Numbered from the stretch's first letter, positions 29,341 to 40,175 are shown. The stretch: DNA of 64,000 bases from an uncultured delta proteobacterium (GCA_963815115.1 CAWFFN010000009.1:1120001-1184000), one strand, 5' to 3'. Made by a program: numbers and translations. The notes: generated by a model not told the origin, from the sequence alone.

Positions 29341-29675
29341 TTCGAAGGCCGACGCCGCGCTGCTTGCAGGAGCGTCCCGACCGACGCTATCGCACCCGTC
29401 CAGGCAACCCTCCATGCGGCGTGCGACCAACAGCCACGAATTTCACGCGGCACCCGTCGGCCGGTACGTGAGCGGGAACGGCTGGGTGCTGTGGTGTACG
29501 GACGGTCGGCTCGGCCGCTCGCTGGCTGGGCCGGACGGATGCGGATGCTCTCGCACTGGAGAGCCCCGGTCGGCCACGAGGCCGGCTGAGAAGCGGCGCC
29601 CCGCCGGACGCGAGCTCGGCGAAGCCCCGATTCGCTTGCGCGCGCGCTCCCGCTCTGGGACGTTGCGGGTCGCCG

Positions 29676-30884
29676 ATGGCCGTCGCGTACACACCGGACT
29701 TCCCGCCGCCGCTGCACGATCCCGCATTTCATGCCGGCGATCCGTTTCCGGCCTTCCGCCGCCTGCGTGCCGAGTCTCCCGTGCACTGGCACGACACGCC
29801 GGGGTTCTGGGCCGTGACGCGTCACGAGGACGTGCTGGCGGTCTCGCGCGATCCGGCGACGTTCTGCTCGAGTCGCGGGGTGCTCATCAACGACATCGGG
29901 CGGCCGATGCTGCCGCGCGAGTCGATCATCTTCATCGATCCGCCGGAGCACGCGAAGTATCGCAAGCTGGTCCAGCCCGCGTTCAGCCCGGGACGCCTGC
30001 GCGCGCTCGAGGTTCACATCCGCGAGACCGCGCGCGCACTGCTCGGTCGGATGCTCCGCGAGCACGAGCCCGGCGAGGTCGTGGACTTCGTCGACGCGTT
30101 CTCGGTCCAGCTCCCGATGCTGGTCATCGCCGACATGCTCGGCGTGCCGGGCGAGGATCGGGCGCGCTTCCGGGACTGGTCGGACGCGATCATCGATGCC
30201 GCGACCCAGCAGACCCCCGAGAACATGCAGGGGTCGGTCGAGCTGCTGGGCTACTTCTCGTCGGTGGTCGCCGAGCGCCGCGAGCGGCCGGAAGACGACG
30301 TGATCTCGACGCTCGTCCATTCCAGGATCGACGGCGAGCAGCTCGACGAGTTCGACCTGCTGATGTTCTGCATGACGCTCCTGGTGGCCGGGAACGAGAC
30401 CACCAGGAACCTGCTGTCGCACGGCATGCTGGCGCTCGCGACCCATCCCGCCGAGCGCGAGCGGCTCGCCCGCGAGCCATCCCTGATCCCGGGAGCCGTC
30501 GAGGAGATGCTCCGCTGGGGCGCGCCGATCGGGAGCTTCATGCGCACCGCGACGCGCGACACCGTGCTGCGCGGCATGCAGATCCGCGAGGGCGACCGGC
30601 TGCTCATGCTCTACGCCTCGGCGAACCGTGACGAGCAGGTCTTCGGTCCGGACGCCGAGGAGTTCCGCTCCTCCCGCGACGCCAGCGGCCACGTCGCATT
30701 CGGTTACGGCGAGCACTTCTGCCTCGGCTCGGTGCTGGCCCGGATGGAGGGGCGCGTGGCGTTCGAGGAGCTTCTCGGGAGCCTCGCCAGCGTCGAGCTC
30801 GTGGGCCCCGTCGAGCGGCTCCGGTCGGTGAGCATCCGCGGCATCGTGCATCTTCCCCTGGCGCTGCGCGCCTTCCGGCACTGA
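29676..30884 (+). CDS. Cytochrome P450
   Basis: DPPEH, AGNETT, EEMLR, ANRD, FGYGEHFCLG. Confidence 0.95.
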   Translation: MAVAYTPDFPPPLHDPAFHAGDPFPAFRRLRAESPVHWHDTPGFWAVTRHEDVLAVSRDPATFCSSRGVLINDIGRPMLPRESIIFIDPPEHAKYRKLVQPAFSPGRLRALEVHIRETARALLGRMLREHEPGEVVDFVDAFSVQLPMLVIADMLGVPGEDRARFRDWSDAIIDAATQQTPENMQGSVELLGYFSSVVAERRERPEDDVISTLVHSRIDGEQLDEFDLLMFCMTLLVAGNETTRNLLSHGMLALATHPAERERLAREPSLIPGAVEEMLRWGAPIGSFMRTATRDTVLRGMQIREGDRLLMLYASANRDEQVFGPDAEEFRSSRDASGHVAFGYGEHFCLGSVLARMEGRVAFEELLGSLASVELVGPVERLRSVSIRGIVHLPLALRAFRH

Positions 30885-30886
30885 CG

Positions 30887-31462
30887 ATGGAGCGCGTCGT
30901 CGCCATGACCGGCATCGGTGGCCAGGGCATCCAGCTCATCGCCAAGGTCCTGGCCGAGGCGGGCATCCGCGAAGGCCGCCAGGTGATGATGTTCGGCATG
31001 TTCGGCGGCATGATCCGGGGCGGCTCGAGCGAGTCGACCGTCGTGCTCGCGGACGACGAGATCGTCTCGCCGCCCATCGTCCCCGAGATCTGGGCGGTCC
31101 TGGCGATGCATGGCGACGGGGTGGCGAAGCTGGCGCCCAAGGTGCTTCCCGGCGGCGTCCTGGTCCGGAACGCGACGATGGTGTCGCCGCCGTCGGGCTG
31201 GGCGGCCGTGCGCGACGTCGCGATCCCGGCCACCGATCTCGCCAAGTCGATGGGCCAGCCGCTCGGAGCGGGGATGATCGCGCTCGGTGCGCTGGTGGCG
31301 GCCACCGGCATCGTCGCGCCGCCGTCCCTCGTCGACGCGCTCGCCGGCGTCCTGCCCCCGCACCGCCGGAAGCACATCGCCGCCAACCGCGAGTGTCTCG
31401 AGCGCGGAGCGGCCTGGGTCGAGGAGCAGGGCGCGCCGCGCGCCGCCGGCGCGTGGAGCTAG
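30887..31462 (+). CDS. 2-oxoacid:acceptor oxidoreductase gamma subunit
   Basis: TGIGGQGIQL, GGMIRGGSS, IPAT. Confidence 0.88.
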   Translation: MERVVAMTGIGGQGIQLIAKVLAEAGIREGRQVMMFGMFGGMIRGGSSESTVVLADDEIVSPPIVPEIWAVLAMHGDGVAKLAPKVLPGGVLVRNATMVSPPSGWAAVRDVAIPATDLAKSMGQPLGAGMIALGALVAATGIVAPPSLVDALAGVLPPHRRKHIAANRECLERGAAWVEEQGAPRAAGAWS

Positions 31463-32235
31463 CCGGCTCCGGCCCCGGCGACGCGACGGCAGACCAGCAG
31501 GATCTCCCCGACGTTCGCCGGATCGATCATGCCCGGCGTGAGAGCGAGCGGACGCTGCAGGCGAAGCCCGAGAGGCATCAGGAAGGCGTTGTACCAGCGC
31601 ATCGCCTGCTCGCGGCGGTGCTCGAGTGCCCAGGCCGCGAGCCGGAGCAGCAATCGACTCTTCGGCTCCATGCCGAAGGTCGCGCTGCGCTCGAGAACGA
31701 GGTCGTTGGCGCGCAGCATGTCCAGGAGCGCGCCCGGCTCGTAGCGGCGCACGTGTCCCACCAGGTCGTCGAACGGGCTCCATCGCTCCGGATCGAGCGG
31801 CACGGCGAACACGATCGTCGCGCCCGCTCGCGTCACGCGGCGGAGCTCGCGCAGGATCTGCCGATCGTCGTCCACGTGCTCGACGATGTCGAAGGCGCAT
31901 GCCAGATCGAAGACGCCATCACGAAAGGGCAGCGCGGTGGTGTCGGACTGCATGGGCAAGCCCCCGCGCGCGCCGAGCTGCGCCAGCGCCTCGCGGCTGA
32001 TGTCGACGAAGCAGGTTCCGGTGATGGGAAGCCGGGGACGGAGCCCGGGGCCGAGCTCGAGGCGAGCCGCCGCGCGTTCGGCCAGCCCCGAGAGCAGGGG
32101 CCAGGTGTTGAAGCGCTCGGGGGGGACGATCGTCGTCTCGGACCACAGCGCCCCGTAGAATCGCCGGTTGGCGGCGAGGCTGGACGCTTGCGCATTGCGA
32201 TGGCCGGCTCGCACGGCCGCGACGCTAGCAGCCAC
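31459..32235 (-). CDS. Class I SAM-dependent methyltransferase (start uncertain)
   Basis: LELGPG, VDIS, LPFRDGVFDL..FDIVEHVDDD, GHVRRY. Confidence 0.8.
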   Translation of the reverse strand: MAASVAAVRAGHRNAQASSLAANRRFYGALWSETTIVPPERFNTWPLLSGLAERAAARLELGPGLRPRLPITGTCFVDISREALAQLGARGGLPMQSDTTALPFRDGVFDLACAFDIVEHVDDDRQILRELRRVTRAGATIVFAVPLDPERWSPFDDLVGHVRRYEPGALLDMLRANDLVLERSATFGMEPKSRLLLRLAAWALEHRREQAMRWYNAFLMPLGLRLQRPLALTPGMIDPANVGEILLVCRRVAGAGAG

Positions 32236-32317
32236 GAGAATACTTACAATCCGCTCTTGCCCATTCGCCCGTCTGCCGACAACATGTCCCGGCAGGCATC
32301 TGCCTGGAGCGCTACGG

Positions 32318-33133
32318 ATGGTGCACGCGATTCCCTGGACGCGGCCGCTTCTGGCGGCGACGAGCTCGGCGCTGGCCGCCGCGTTGCTCGCTCGTACCGA
32401 CGGAGAGAACGTGCCGCTGTGGCTGGTGAGCGCACTCGGGCTGGCCACCGTCGCCACGTTCGGCTCGGGCCTCGTCTTCATGCGATCGGGACTGTTCGGG
32501 CGTCCGATTCTCGGGGCCGATCCGACCCGCAGCGACGACCGGCTGGCGCTGACGTTCGACGACGGGCCGCACCCGGTGCACACGCGCGCGGTCCTCGACC
32601 TGCTCGACGCGCGCGGCCACCGCGCCACCTTCTTCGTCATCGGCACCCGCGCCGCGCGCCACCCGGAGCTGCTCGCCGAGATCGTCCGGCGCGGTCACGC
32701 GCTGGGGAACCATACCTACGCGCACTCGTGGGCGACGGCCGCACTCTCCGTTCGCCGGCTGGTCGCCGATCTGCAGCGCGCGCAGGCGACGCTCCGGGCC
32801 GCCGGATGCGAGCCGCGCTGGTTCCGCCCGCCGATCGGCATCGTCTCGCCGCGCGTCAACGCGGCGGCGCGGCGCGCGGGCCTTCGCCTCGTCGGCTGGA
32901 CGGTGTCGGCGCGCGACGGTGTCGCGACGCGTCCCGCGCGTGCGCTCGGCCGCCTGCTGCGGGGTGCGCGTCCCGGGGCGATCCTCGCCCTGCACGACGC
33001 GGCCGAGCACGGCGATCGCGTGCCTGTGGCCCTGCTGGTCCTGCCGCGGCTGCTCGACGAGCTCGAGGCCCGCAAGCTGCGCTCGGTGACCATCGACGAG
33101 CTGCTCGCGCCGGCCGAGCGACGTCCGGCCTGA
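32318..33133 (+). CDS. Polysaccharide deacetylase (NodB-like), membrane-anchored
   Basis: LTFDDGP, ATFFVIG, GNHTYAH, FRPPIG, ILALHD. Confidence 0.92.
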   Translation: MVHAIPWTRPLLAATSSALAAALLARTDGENVPLWLVSALGLATVATFGSGLVFMRSGLFGRPILGADPTRSDDRLALTFDDGPHPVHTRAVLDLLDARGHRATFFVIGTRAARHPELLAEIVRRGHALGNHTYAHSWATAALSVRRLVADLQRAQATLRAAGCEPRWFRPPIGIVSPRVNAAARRAGLRLVGWTVSARDGVATRPARALGRLLRGARPGAILALHDAAEHGDRVPVALLVLPRLLDELEARKLRSVTIDELLAPAERRPA

Positions 33134-33191
33134 TCCGCGGGCCCGGCGCGATTGTGCCACCCGCGCGGGCCGTGTTAACGCCGTAGTCGGG

Positions 33192-33431
33192 ATGCCCCGC
33201 CAGCCGGCCACCGTCACGATCGACGTCGAGCGCTGCAAGGGCTGCGTGCTCTGCGTCGACGTCTGCCCGCCGCACGTGCTGGTCATGACCGAGCACGAGG
33301 TGAATGGCATGGGCTACCGCTACCCGCTGCTGCTCGACGGCTGCACGGGCTGCGAGCTGTGCTTCCGCATCTGTCCCGACTTCTGCTTCGAGGTCTACCG
33401 CGGAGCGTCGGAGGAGGCCGCCGCGTCATGA
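33192..33431 (+). CDS. 2x[4Fe-4S] ferredoxin (oxidoreductase delta subunit)
   Basis: [12 protein letters not shown] and [13 protein letters not shown]. Confidence 0.92.
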   Translation: MPRQPATVTIDVERCKGCVLCVDVCPPHVLVMTEHEVNGMGYRYPLLLDGCTGCELCFRICPDFCFEVYRGASEEAAAS

Positions 33432-34515
33432 GCGATCCGGGCGCCGCGAGCGCGCGCCGCGTGCTGATGGAGGGCAGCCACGCCATCGCCGAGGCGGCGA
33501 TCCAGGCGGGGTGCCGCTTCTACGCCGGCTACCCGATCACGCCGTCCACCGAGATCCTCGAGTACATGTCGTTCCGCCAGCCGCAGGTGGGCGGCGTGTG
33601 CGTCAATGCCGAGAGCGAGATCGAGGCCATCAACATGGTCTGGGGCGCCGCCGGCTGCGGCGTCCGCGCCATGATCGCGTCGACCGGACAGGGCATCAGC
33701 CTCATGCAGGAGTCGATGGCGGAGCTCTCGAACGCGCAGATCCCGTGCGTGGTCGTGAACATGATGCGCGGGCAGAGCGACTACTACCAGGCCACGCGGG
33801 GGGGGGACACGGCGACTACCGCCACCTCGTGCTGGCACCGCACACGGTTCAGGAAGCGGTGGATCTGATCGCGCTCGCCTTCCAGCTCGGCGACCGGTGG
33901 CGTACGCCGGTCGACGTCCTGGGCGACTTCGTGCTGGGGCACACGTCGGAGGCCGTGCAGTTCCGGACCATCGACGAGGCCGGCATCCCGCCCAAGGCGT
34001 GGGCCGCGACGGGCGCTCGCGGCCGGCGGGCGCACAACGTGACGCCGCTCGGCTCGCCCGAGAAGCTGCATCTCGAGCACGGTGCCCACTTCGCCGCGAT
34101 GAGCGAGAAATGCGCGCGCATGGCGGTGGAGAAGCGCTGCGAGACCGGCCTCCTCGAGGATGCCGATGTGGCGGTCGTCGCCTTCGGATCGCCGGCCCGG
34201 TTCGTCAAGTACGCCATCCGGCAGTGCCGTGCCCGGGGCCTCAAGGTCGGCTGGATACGGCCGGTGACCCTGTGGCCGTTCCCCGACGAGGTGGTCGCTG
34301 CGGCCGCCGAGCGCGTCCGCGCCGTCGCCGTGTTCGAGCAGAACGCCGGCCAGATGATCGACGACGTGCGCCTGGCGGTGCTGGGCCGCGCGCCCGTGGT
34401 CGCCATCGGCGGCATCAGCCACGACCATTCCGGCTTCGGGGTCGGACCGCTGCTCGAGCCGGCCAGCATCATCCGCCGGATCACCGACGTGTTCGAGGGA
34501 AGGGCCGCGGCATGA
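33428..34515 (+). CDS. 2-oxoacid:ferredoxin oxidoreductase alpha subunit (frameshift in G9 run 33798-33806)
   Basis: [56 protein letters not shown]. Confidence 0.88.
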
Positions 34516-35267
34516 CCACCGTCCCGCCGCTGAAGAAGGTGTCCGCGAAGCCGGACCTGCTGCTGTCGACCGAGCACTCGCTGTGCCCGGGGTGCGGCGA
34601 GCCGCTCGCGATGCGGACGATCCTCGAGCTGGTCGAGGAGCTCGGGCTGCGCGATCGCACGATCTGCGTCTGCGGCATCGGCTGCTACACGGCGTTCCCG
34701 GGCATCATCGACGTGGACGTGCTGCAGGCGTTGCACGGCCGCGCGCCGTCCGTGGCGACGGGTGCCAAGCGCGTCCTGCCCGACCGGTTCGTCTTCACCC
34801 TGCAGGGTGACGGCGACATGGTGAACGAGGGTCTCCAGGAGATCATCCATTGCGCCGCGCGTGGCGAGAAGTTCACGGCGGTGCTGCTCAACAACGGCGT
34901 CTTCGGCGAGACCGGCGGCCACATGACCGCCACCAGCGTCCTCGGCCAGCGCACCAAGACCACCATGGCGACCGGCCGCGTGGCGGAGCTGCACGGCTGG
35001 CCCATCAAGATCGCCGACCTGCTGGCACAGGTCGATGGCACCGCCTACGTGGCGCGCGGGGCGATGCACACGCCCGCGGCGATCAAGTGGACGAAGCAGT
35101 GCCTGCGCGACGCCTTCCGCGCGCAGCTCGACGGCAAGGGATTCTCGCTCGTCGAGATCCTCACCATGTGCCCGACCGACTGGTACGTGGAGCCGACCGA
35201 GACGCCCGAGTGGATCGAGCGCGAGTTCACGCCGACGTACCCGCTGCGCGTGCTCAAGGCGGTCTGA
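34512..35267 (+). CDS. 2-oxoacid:ferredoxin oxidoreductase beta subunit (TPP-binding)
   Basis: CPGCG, GIGC, HGRAP.VATG, QGDGD..NN. Confidence 0.92.
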   Translation: MTTVPPLKKVSAKPDLLLSTEHSLCPGCGEPLAMRTILELVEELGLRDRTICVCGIGCYTAFPGIIDVDVLQALHGRAPSVATGAKRVLPDRFVFTLQGDGDMVNEGLQEIIHCAARGEKFTAVLLNNGVFGETGGHMTATSVLGQRTKTTMATGRVAELHGWPIKIADLLAQVDGTAYVARGAMHTPAAIKWTKQCLRDAFRAQLDGKGFSLVEILTMCPTDWYVEPTETPEWIEREFTPTYPLRVLKAV

Positions 35268-35313
35268 GCCCGTGGCGAGCCGCGGGCGCGCGCGCGTCCC
35301 GGTGGCGGCCGAT

Positions 35314-35342
35314 TTGACCACCTGAGTGGTCAACGCTACGTT
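35314..35342 (+). promoter_or_regulatory. TA promoter with overlapping palindromic operator
   Basis: TTGACC-N17-TACGTT; palindrome TTGACCAC-CTGA-GTGGTCAA. Confidence 0.65.
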
Positions 35343-35348
35343 CGCCGC

Positions 35349-35612
35349 ATGAAGCGGCGGCGTCCGAGGACGGAGTCGAAAGCGATCGAACTCGGCGTGA
35401 GCGAGTTCAAAGCCCGTTGCCTCGCACTGCTCGAACAGGTGAGGAAGCGGGGCGACGAGCTGGTCGTCACGAAGCACGGGCGGCCGATCGCCCGGGTCGT
35501 GCCCGTACGCCAGCCCGGCGGACCGCTGCGGGGGAGCATGCGCGGGCTCATCGAGGTGCGTGGGGACATCGTGCACGTCGACTGGTCCGACGAATGGGAG
35601 GCGGCTCGGTGA
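35349..35612 (+). CDS. Phd/YefM antitoxin
   Basis: SEFKARCLALLEQV..LVVTKHGRPIARVVP. Confidence 0.92.
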   Translation: MKRRRPRTESKAIELGVSEFKARCLALLEQVRKRGDELVVTKHGRPIARVVPVRQPGGPLRGSMRGLIEVRGDIVHVDWSDEWEAAR

Positions 35613-36007
35613 GGCTGCTGCTCGACACCCACGTCCTCGTCTGGTGGCTCCTGGGCGAGGGAGCCCTCGCGCCGGAACAGGAGGCGGCGCTGGAATCTGC
35701 GGAGACCGGCGGGGAAGTCCTCGGCCTCGCGGCCGTCAGCCTGTGGGAGATCGCAAAGCTCTGCGAGCGTCAGCGGCTGGTTCTCGCCACGACGCCGGAC
35801 GCATTCCTCGAGCGCATCGAGACCGACGGGCGGATCGCGGTGCTCCCGTTGGACGGCCGCGTAGCGCTCGAGAGCACCAGGCTCGGGTCGCGGTTCCATC
35901 GCGATCCCGCCGATCAGCTCATCGCCGCCACCGCACGGGTGCACGGGCTGCGGCTGGTCACGGCCGACGAGCACATCCGGGCGTCGGGCGCGGTGGCCGT
36001 GCTCTGA
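35609..36007 (+). CDS. vapC: PIN-domain VapC toxin
   Basis: LLLDTHVLVW, SLWEI, HRDPADQLIAATA, LVTAD; GTGA overlap with antitoxin. Confidence 0.9.
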   Translation: MRLLLDTHVLVWWLLGEGALAPEQEAALESAETGGEVLGLAAVSLWEIAKLCERQRLVLATTPDAFLERIETDGRIAVLPLDGRVALESTRLGSRFHRDPADQLIAATARVHGLRLVTADEHIRASGAVAVL

Positions 36008-36088
36008 CGTCGCTCGTCGCGGTGGCGTCCTTCACGCCGGCCTTCGGGGGCTTGCCAGGGCGCCCCGTCGAGGCGAAGATACGGCGAA

Positions 36089-37132
36089 ATGGAGCCGCCG
36101 CTTCGTCACCGCGGAACCAGCGCCAACCCCGCGAACCGGTTCGAGACCCTGCACCTGGAAGCGGACGAGGCGACCGACGGCAGCGCGCCCACCATCTACT
36201 ACCGTGATGCCAGCCGCAGCGTGCTGGCGGAGAACGACAGCCCCGACGTCGGGTTCCGATTCAGCCTGAACCCGTACCGCGGCTGCGAGCACGGCTGTGC
36301 CTACTGCTACGCGCGCCCCAGCCACGAGTACCTCGGCTTCAGCGCCGGACTCGACTTCGAGCGCCGCATCATGGTCAAGGACGACGCCCCGGCGCTGCTC
36401 CGGCGCGCGCTCTCGTCACCGCGCTGGGAGCCGCAGGTCGTGGCGCTGTCGGGCAACACGGATTGCTACCAGCCGGTGGAGCGCCGCCTCGGCCTCACCC
36501 GTCGCTGCCTCGAGGTCTTCGCCGAGTTTCGCAATCCGGTGGGCGTCGTGACCAAGTCGGCGCTGGTGGCGCGCGACGCCGACCTGCTCGCCGAGCTGTC
36601 GCGCCACGGCGCCGCCCACGTCTGCTGCTCGGTGACCACGCTCGACGCCGACCTGGCGCGGCGCATGGAGCCGCGAGCGGCGCAGCCGGAGAAACGCCTC
36701 GAGGCGATCGCGACGCTGGCTGCCGCCGGCGTGCCGGTGGCGGTGCTGATCGGTCCGGTGATCCCGGGCCTGAACGATGCAGAGATCCCGCGCATCCTCG
36801 CCGCGGCAGCGGGCGCGGGCGCCACCAGCGCCGCCTGGGTTCTCCTGCGCCTGCCGAAGCCGATCGATTCGCTGTTCGTCGGCTGGCTCGACGATCAGTT
36901 TCCCGAGCGCAAGGAGCGCATCCTCCACCGCATCGAGGACACGCGCGGCGGGCGTCGCAGCGACTCCACCTTCGGCCGCCGAAAGCGCGGGCAGGGCGAG
37001 TACGCGGCGCAGATCGCGGCGCTGTTCGACGCCGCCGCGCGCAAGCACGGCCTCCATCGGCCGCTGCCGCCGCTCAGCGCGGCCGCGTTCCGCCGGCCGC
37101 CGGCCGCGGGCGATCAGCTGCGGTTGCTCTAG
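36089..37132 (+). CDS. PA0069/Rv2578c-family radical SAM protein
   Basis: SLNPYRGCEHGCAYCYARPSHEYLG, GNTDCYQP. Confidence 0.9.
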   Translation: MEPPLRHRGTSANPANRFETLHLEADEATDGSAPTIYYRDASRSVLAENDSPDVGFRFSLNPYRGCEHGCAYCYARPSHEYLGFSAGLDFERRIMVKDDAPALLRRALSSPRWEPQVVALSGNTDCYQPVERRLGLTRRCLEVFAEFRNPVGVVTKSALVARDADLLAELSRHGAAHVCCSVTTLDADLARRMEPRAAQPEKRLEAIATLAAAGVPVAVLIGPVIPGLNDAEIPRILAAAAGAGATSAAWVLLRLPKPIDSLFVGWLDDQFPERKERILHRIEDTRGGRRSDSTFGRRKRGQGEYAAQIAALFDAAARKHGLHRPLPPLSAAAFRRPPAAGDQLRLL

Positions 37133-37180
37133 ACGCGAGCGCGCTTGACAGCGCCGCGCCGGCCCGTGTTGAAGACGCCC

Positions 37181-37609
37181 ATGCGGTTGCTTCGCCCCGT
37201 GCTCCTCGTCCTCCTCGTCCTCGTCGTCGCTGGTGGCTGCGGCATGCGGAAGAAGGAGAAGCACGTCCAGACCGTCGAGAACAATCTCATCGCGGCGGGC
37301 TTCAGGACCGTGCTCGCCGATACGGCCGACAAGCGTACCCAGCTGCGCGGGTTGCCGTCGCGCCGGCTGACCGAGAAGGAGCGCGACGGCAAGCGCTACT
37401 ACTGGTACGCCGACGCCGACGGCTGCGGCTGCGCCTACGTCGGCGGCGAGAAGGCGTATCGCCGCTACGATGCCCTCGCCCAGGAGGGCGACATACGCGC
37501 GAGCGACAAGGCCGACGCGAAGATGCTGCGCAACGTCGAGGCGGTCGAGGACACGCCCGGTGACGCGTGGTTCTGGCAGGACGTGGCTCCCGAATTCTTC
37601 CCGCGATGA
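37181..37609 (+). CDS. Lipoprotein, hypothetical
   Basis: Lipobox-like AGG-C; L.AAGF, YWYAD..CGCAYVG. Confidence 0.75.
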   Translation: MRLLRPVLLVLLVLVVAGGCGMRKKEKHVQTVENNLIAAGFRTVLADTADKRTQLRGLPSRRLTEKERDGKRYYWYADADGCGCAYVGGEKAYRRYDALAQEGDIRASDKADAKMLRNVEAVEDTPGDAWFWQDVAPEFFPR

Positions 37610-38770
37610 ACCTGTCGTACACCCCCGACGAGGAGCGCTTCCGCGCCGAGCTGCGCGCCTGGCTCGAAGCGAACCCGCCGGGGCCGGAGCCGGAGCGGCT
37701 CGACGAGTGGGTCGCCTACGGCAAGGCCTGGCAGCGGAAGCTCTACGAGGCCGGCTGGTGCGGCATCGCGTGGCCGCGCCGAGTACGGCGGCCGCGGCGC
37801 GTCGCTGATCGAGCAGATCATCTTCCAGGAGGAGATGGCGCGCGCCCAGGCGCCGCTGCTGATCAACCTGGCCGGCCTGACCATGGGCGGACCGGTGCTG
37901 ATCGCGCACGGCACCGAGGAGCAGAAGCGCCGCCACCTCCAGCGCATCCTCGCGGCCGACGAGATCTGGTGCCAGGGCTTCTCCGAGCCCAACGCCGGCT
38001 CCGATCTGGCGGCGCTGCGCACGCGCGCCGTCCTCGACGGCGACCACTTCGTCGTGAACGGCCAGAAGGTGTGGACGAGCTTCGCGCGCTACGCCGACTG
38101 GTGCATGGTGCTGGTGCGCACCGATCCCGACGCGCCGAAGCACAAGGGCATCACCTTCCTCCTGGTCGACATGCACAGCCCCGGGGTCGGCGTGCGCCCG
38201 CTCAGGCAGATCAGCGGCGACGAGGACTTCAACGAGGTGTTCTTCGAGGACGTGCGCGTGCCGCGGGCGAACGTGGTCGGGGAGATCAACGGCGGCTGGG
38301 AGATCGCCATCACGTGTCTCATGCACGAGCGCCAGACGCTCACCTTCAGCCGCCAGCTGCAGTCGGCGTGGCGCTGAACGACATGCTGGCGCTGGCGCGC
38401 GAGACGCGGTACCGTCCGCACGACCCGCTCGCGCGACAGGCGCTCGCAGGCGCCGTCGTCGACTCGCACGCCATGCGCTACACGGCCTACCGCAACCTGA
38501 CCCGCGCGCTGCGCGGCGGGGTGCCCGGGCCGGAGGGCTCGATCGAGAAGCTCTTCTGGAGCGAGATGTACCAGCGCATGCTGGAAGCGGCGATCGGCCT
38601 GCTCGGACCCGTACGGCATCCTGCTGAAAGGCTCCGCCCACGCCGTCGACGAGGGACGCTGGCCACATCTGTTCCTGTACTCGCGCGGTCGGACGATCGC
38701 CGCGGGCACCTCGGAGATGCAGCGCAACATCATCGCCGAGCGCGTCCTGCGGCTCCCCCGCGGAAGCTGA
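37606..38770 (+). CDS. Acyl-CoA dehydrogenase (frameshifts ~37780, ~38368, ~38610)
   Basis: WCQGFSEPNAGSDLA, VNGQKVWTS, FNEVFFEDV, TIAAGTSEMQRNIIAERVL, spread over three frames. Confidence 0.85.
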
Positions 38771-38877
38771 CCCCGGACCCGCCGGCGCAGCGGACGGGTT
38801 GCGCCTGAAGGGGCCGGTGCAGTACGCATGCTGCAGCGGGCGACGGCGGCATGCTGGAGAACCGGCCCGAGAGCGCC

Positions 38878-38893
38878 CGGCACGCGAGTTGCT
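38878..38893 (+). promoter_or_regulatory. Sigma54 (-24/-12) promoter
   Basis: CGGCACGCGAGTTGCT matches YGGCACG-N4-TTGCW, 19 bp upstream of the kinase ATG. Confidence 0.7.
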
Positions 38894-38911
38894 CGTGACG
38901 AGGACAGGCGA

Positions 38912-40171
38912 ATGGCCTTCATCGGATTCGTCATCGCGCTGATGTTCTTCTGGCACTTCAAGAAGCGGCTGGGTTCTTCCCGGCGCGGGAACCTCGACTC
39001 GTGGTCGCGCCACGGCCACGAGCCCCGGCTGCACTGGCACAACGACTGGAAGCAGCAGTGGGCGGAGTGGAACCGGCACTGGGCCGAGCAGGCGCAGTGC
39101 TACGGCGACAAGCACGCCGACTGGCATCGCAAGTGGGCTGCCAAGATGGAACGCCACGCCGAGCGTGATCGCCGGCGCGAGGAGCGCAGGGCGGAGCGCC
39201 GCAACGGCGGTCACGATCCCGAGCAGCCGACGACCGAGGAACACATCCTGGCACGCGCCCGCCGCCAGGCGGCGGCGGAGACCGGCTTCTACGTGCATCT
39301 CACCACCTACACCGGCGTGATCGCGCTGCTCGCCCTGATCAACCTGATGACCACCTGGTATCCCTGGTTCCTGTGGCCGGCGCTCGGGTGGGGCTTCGGG
39401 CTGTTCTCGCACTGGATGGGCGTCTTCGGGTCGCGCGCCCTGAAGGCGCGCTACTTCGATCCCGCGGTGGAGCGCGAGCTGCAGCGCGAGAAGGTCGTCA
39501 TGCAGACCGAGAAGCAGGCGAGCCTGGGAGAGCTGTCGTCGACCATCGCGCACGAGATCCGCAACCCCATCGCCGCAGCCAAGAGCCTGGTCCAGCAGAT
39601 GGGCGAGGACCCGCAGTCGGTGGAGAACGTCGAGTACGCCAAGGTCGCGCTCGACGAGCTCGACCGCGTCGAGCGGCGCATCGCGCACCTCCTCAGGTTC
39701 GCCAAGGAAGAGGACTACGTCCTGGCGCCGGCCAACCTCGCCGCCGTGGTCGACTCGGCGCTCACCCAGATGCGCAGCAAGCTCGACGCCGCGCGGGTGG
39801 CCGCGGTGCGCAACTACATCGCCGGGCCGACGGTCGTGGTCGACGCGGAGAAGCTGAAGCAGGTGTTCGCGAACGTGCTCGACAACGCCATCGATGCCTT
39901 CGACGGCGTCCCGGAGAACCGCCGCATCGAGCTGTTCATCGAGAACGGCGGCAACGACGCCGTGGTCCGCATCCGCGACAACGGCAGCGGCATTCCCGCG
40001 GAGAAGCTCGGACGCATTTTCAACCCCTTCTTCACCACCAAGGAGAAGGGCACGGGGCTGGGCATGGCGATCTCGAAGAAGATCGTCGAGGCCCACGCCG
40101 GCACCATGGACGCGGCCAGCGAGGTGGGTCGGGGGACGGAGTTCGTCGTCAGCCTCCCGCTGCCGAGGTGA
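38912..40171 (+). CDS. Sensor histidine kinase with 2TM domain
   Basis: GFYVHL..Y.GV..INL..YPWFLWPALGWGFGL..H (2TM); IAHEIRNP, NVLDNA, DNGSG, PFFTTK, GTGLG. Confidence 0.92.
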   Translation: MAFIGFVIALMFFWHFKKRLGSSRRGNLDSWSRHGHEPRLHWHNDWKQQWAEWNRHWAEQAQCYGDKHADWHRKWAAKMERHAERDRRREERRAERRNGGHDPEQPTTEEHILARARRQAAAETGFYVHLTTYTGVIALLALINLMTTWYPWFLWPALGWGFGLFSHWMGVFGSRALKARYFDPAVERELQREKVVMQTEKQASLGELSSTIAHEIRNPIAAAKSLVQQMGEDPQSVENVEYAKVALDELDRVERRIAHLLRFAKEEDYVLAPANLAAVVDSALTQMRSKLDAARVAAVRNYIAGPTVVVDAEKLKQVFANVLDNAIDAFDGVPENRRIELFIENGGNDAVVRIRDNGSGIPAEKLGRIFNPFFTTKEKGTGLGMAISKKIVEAHAGTMDAASEVGRGTEFVVSLPLPR

Positions 40172-40175
40172 CGGC

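Noticed and set aside
29414-29500. Short frame PVGRYVSGNGWVLWC resembling an AraC-type N-terminus
   Set aside because: Too short to call; possibly a remnant at the edge of the accessory block
37606-38770. Acyl-CoA dehydrogenase and carbamoyltransferase as true pseudogenes or programmed frameshifts
   Set aside because: Single-base indels with otherwise intact motifs and no slippery signals; most consistent with read errors
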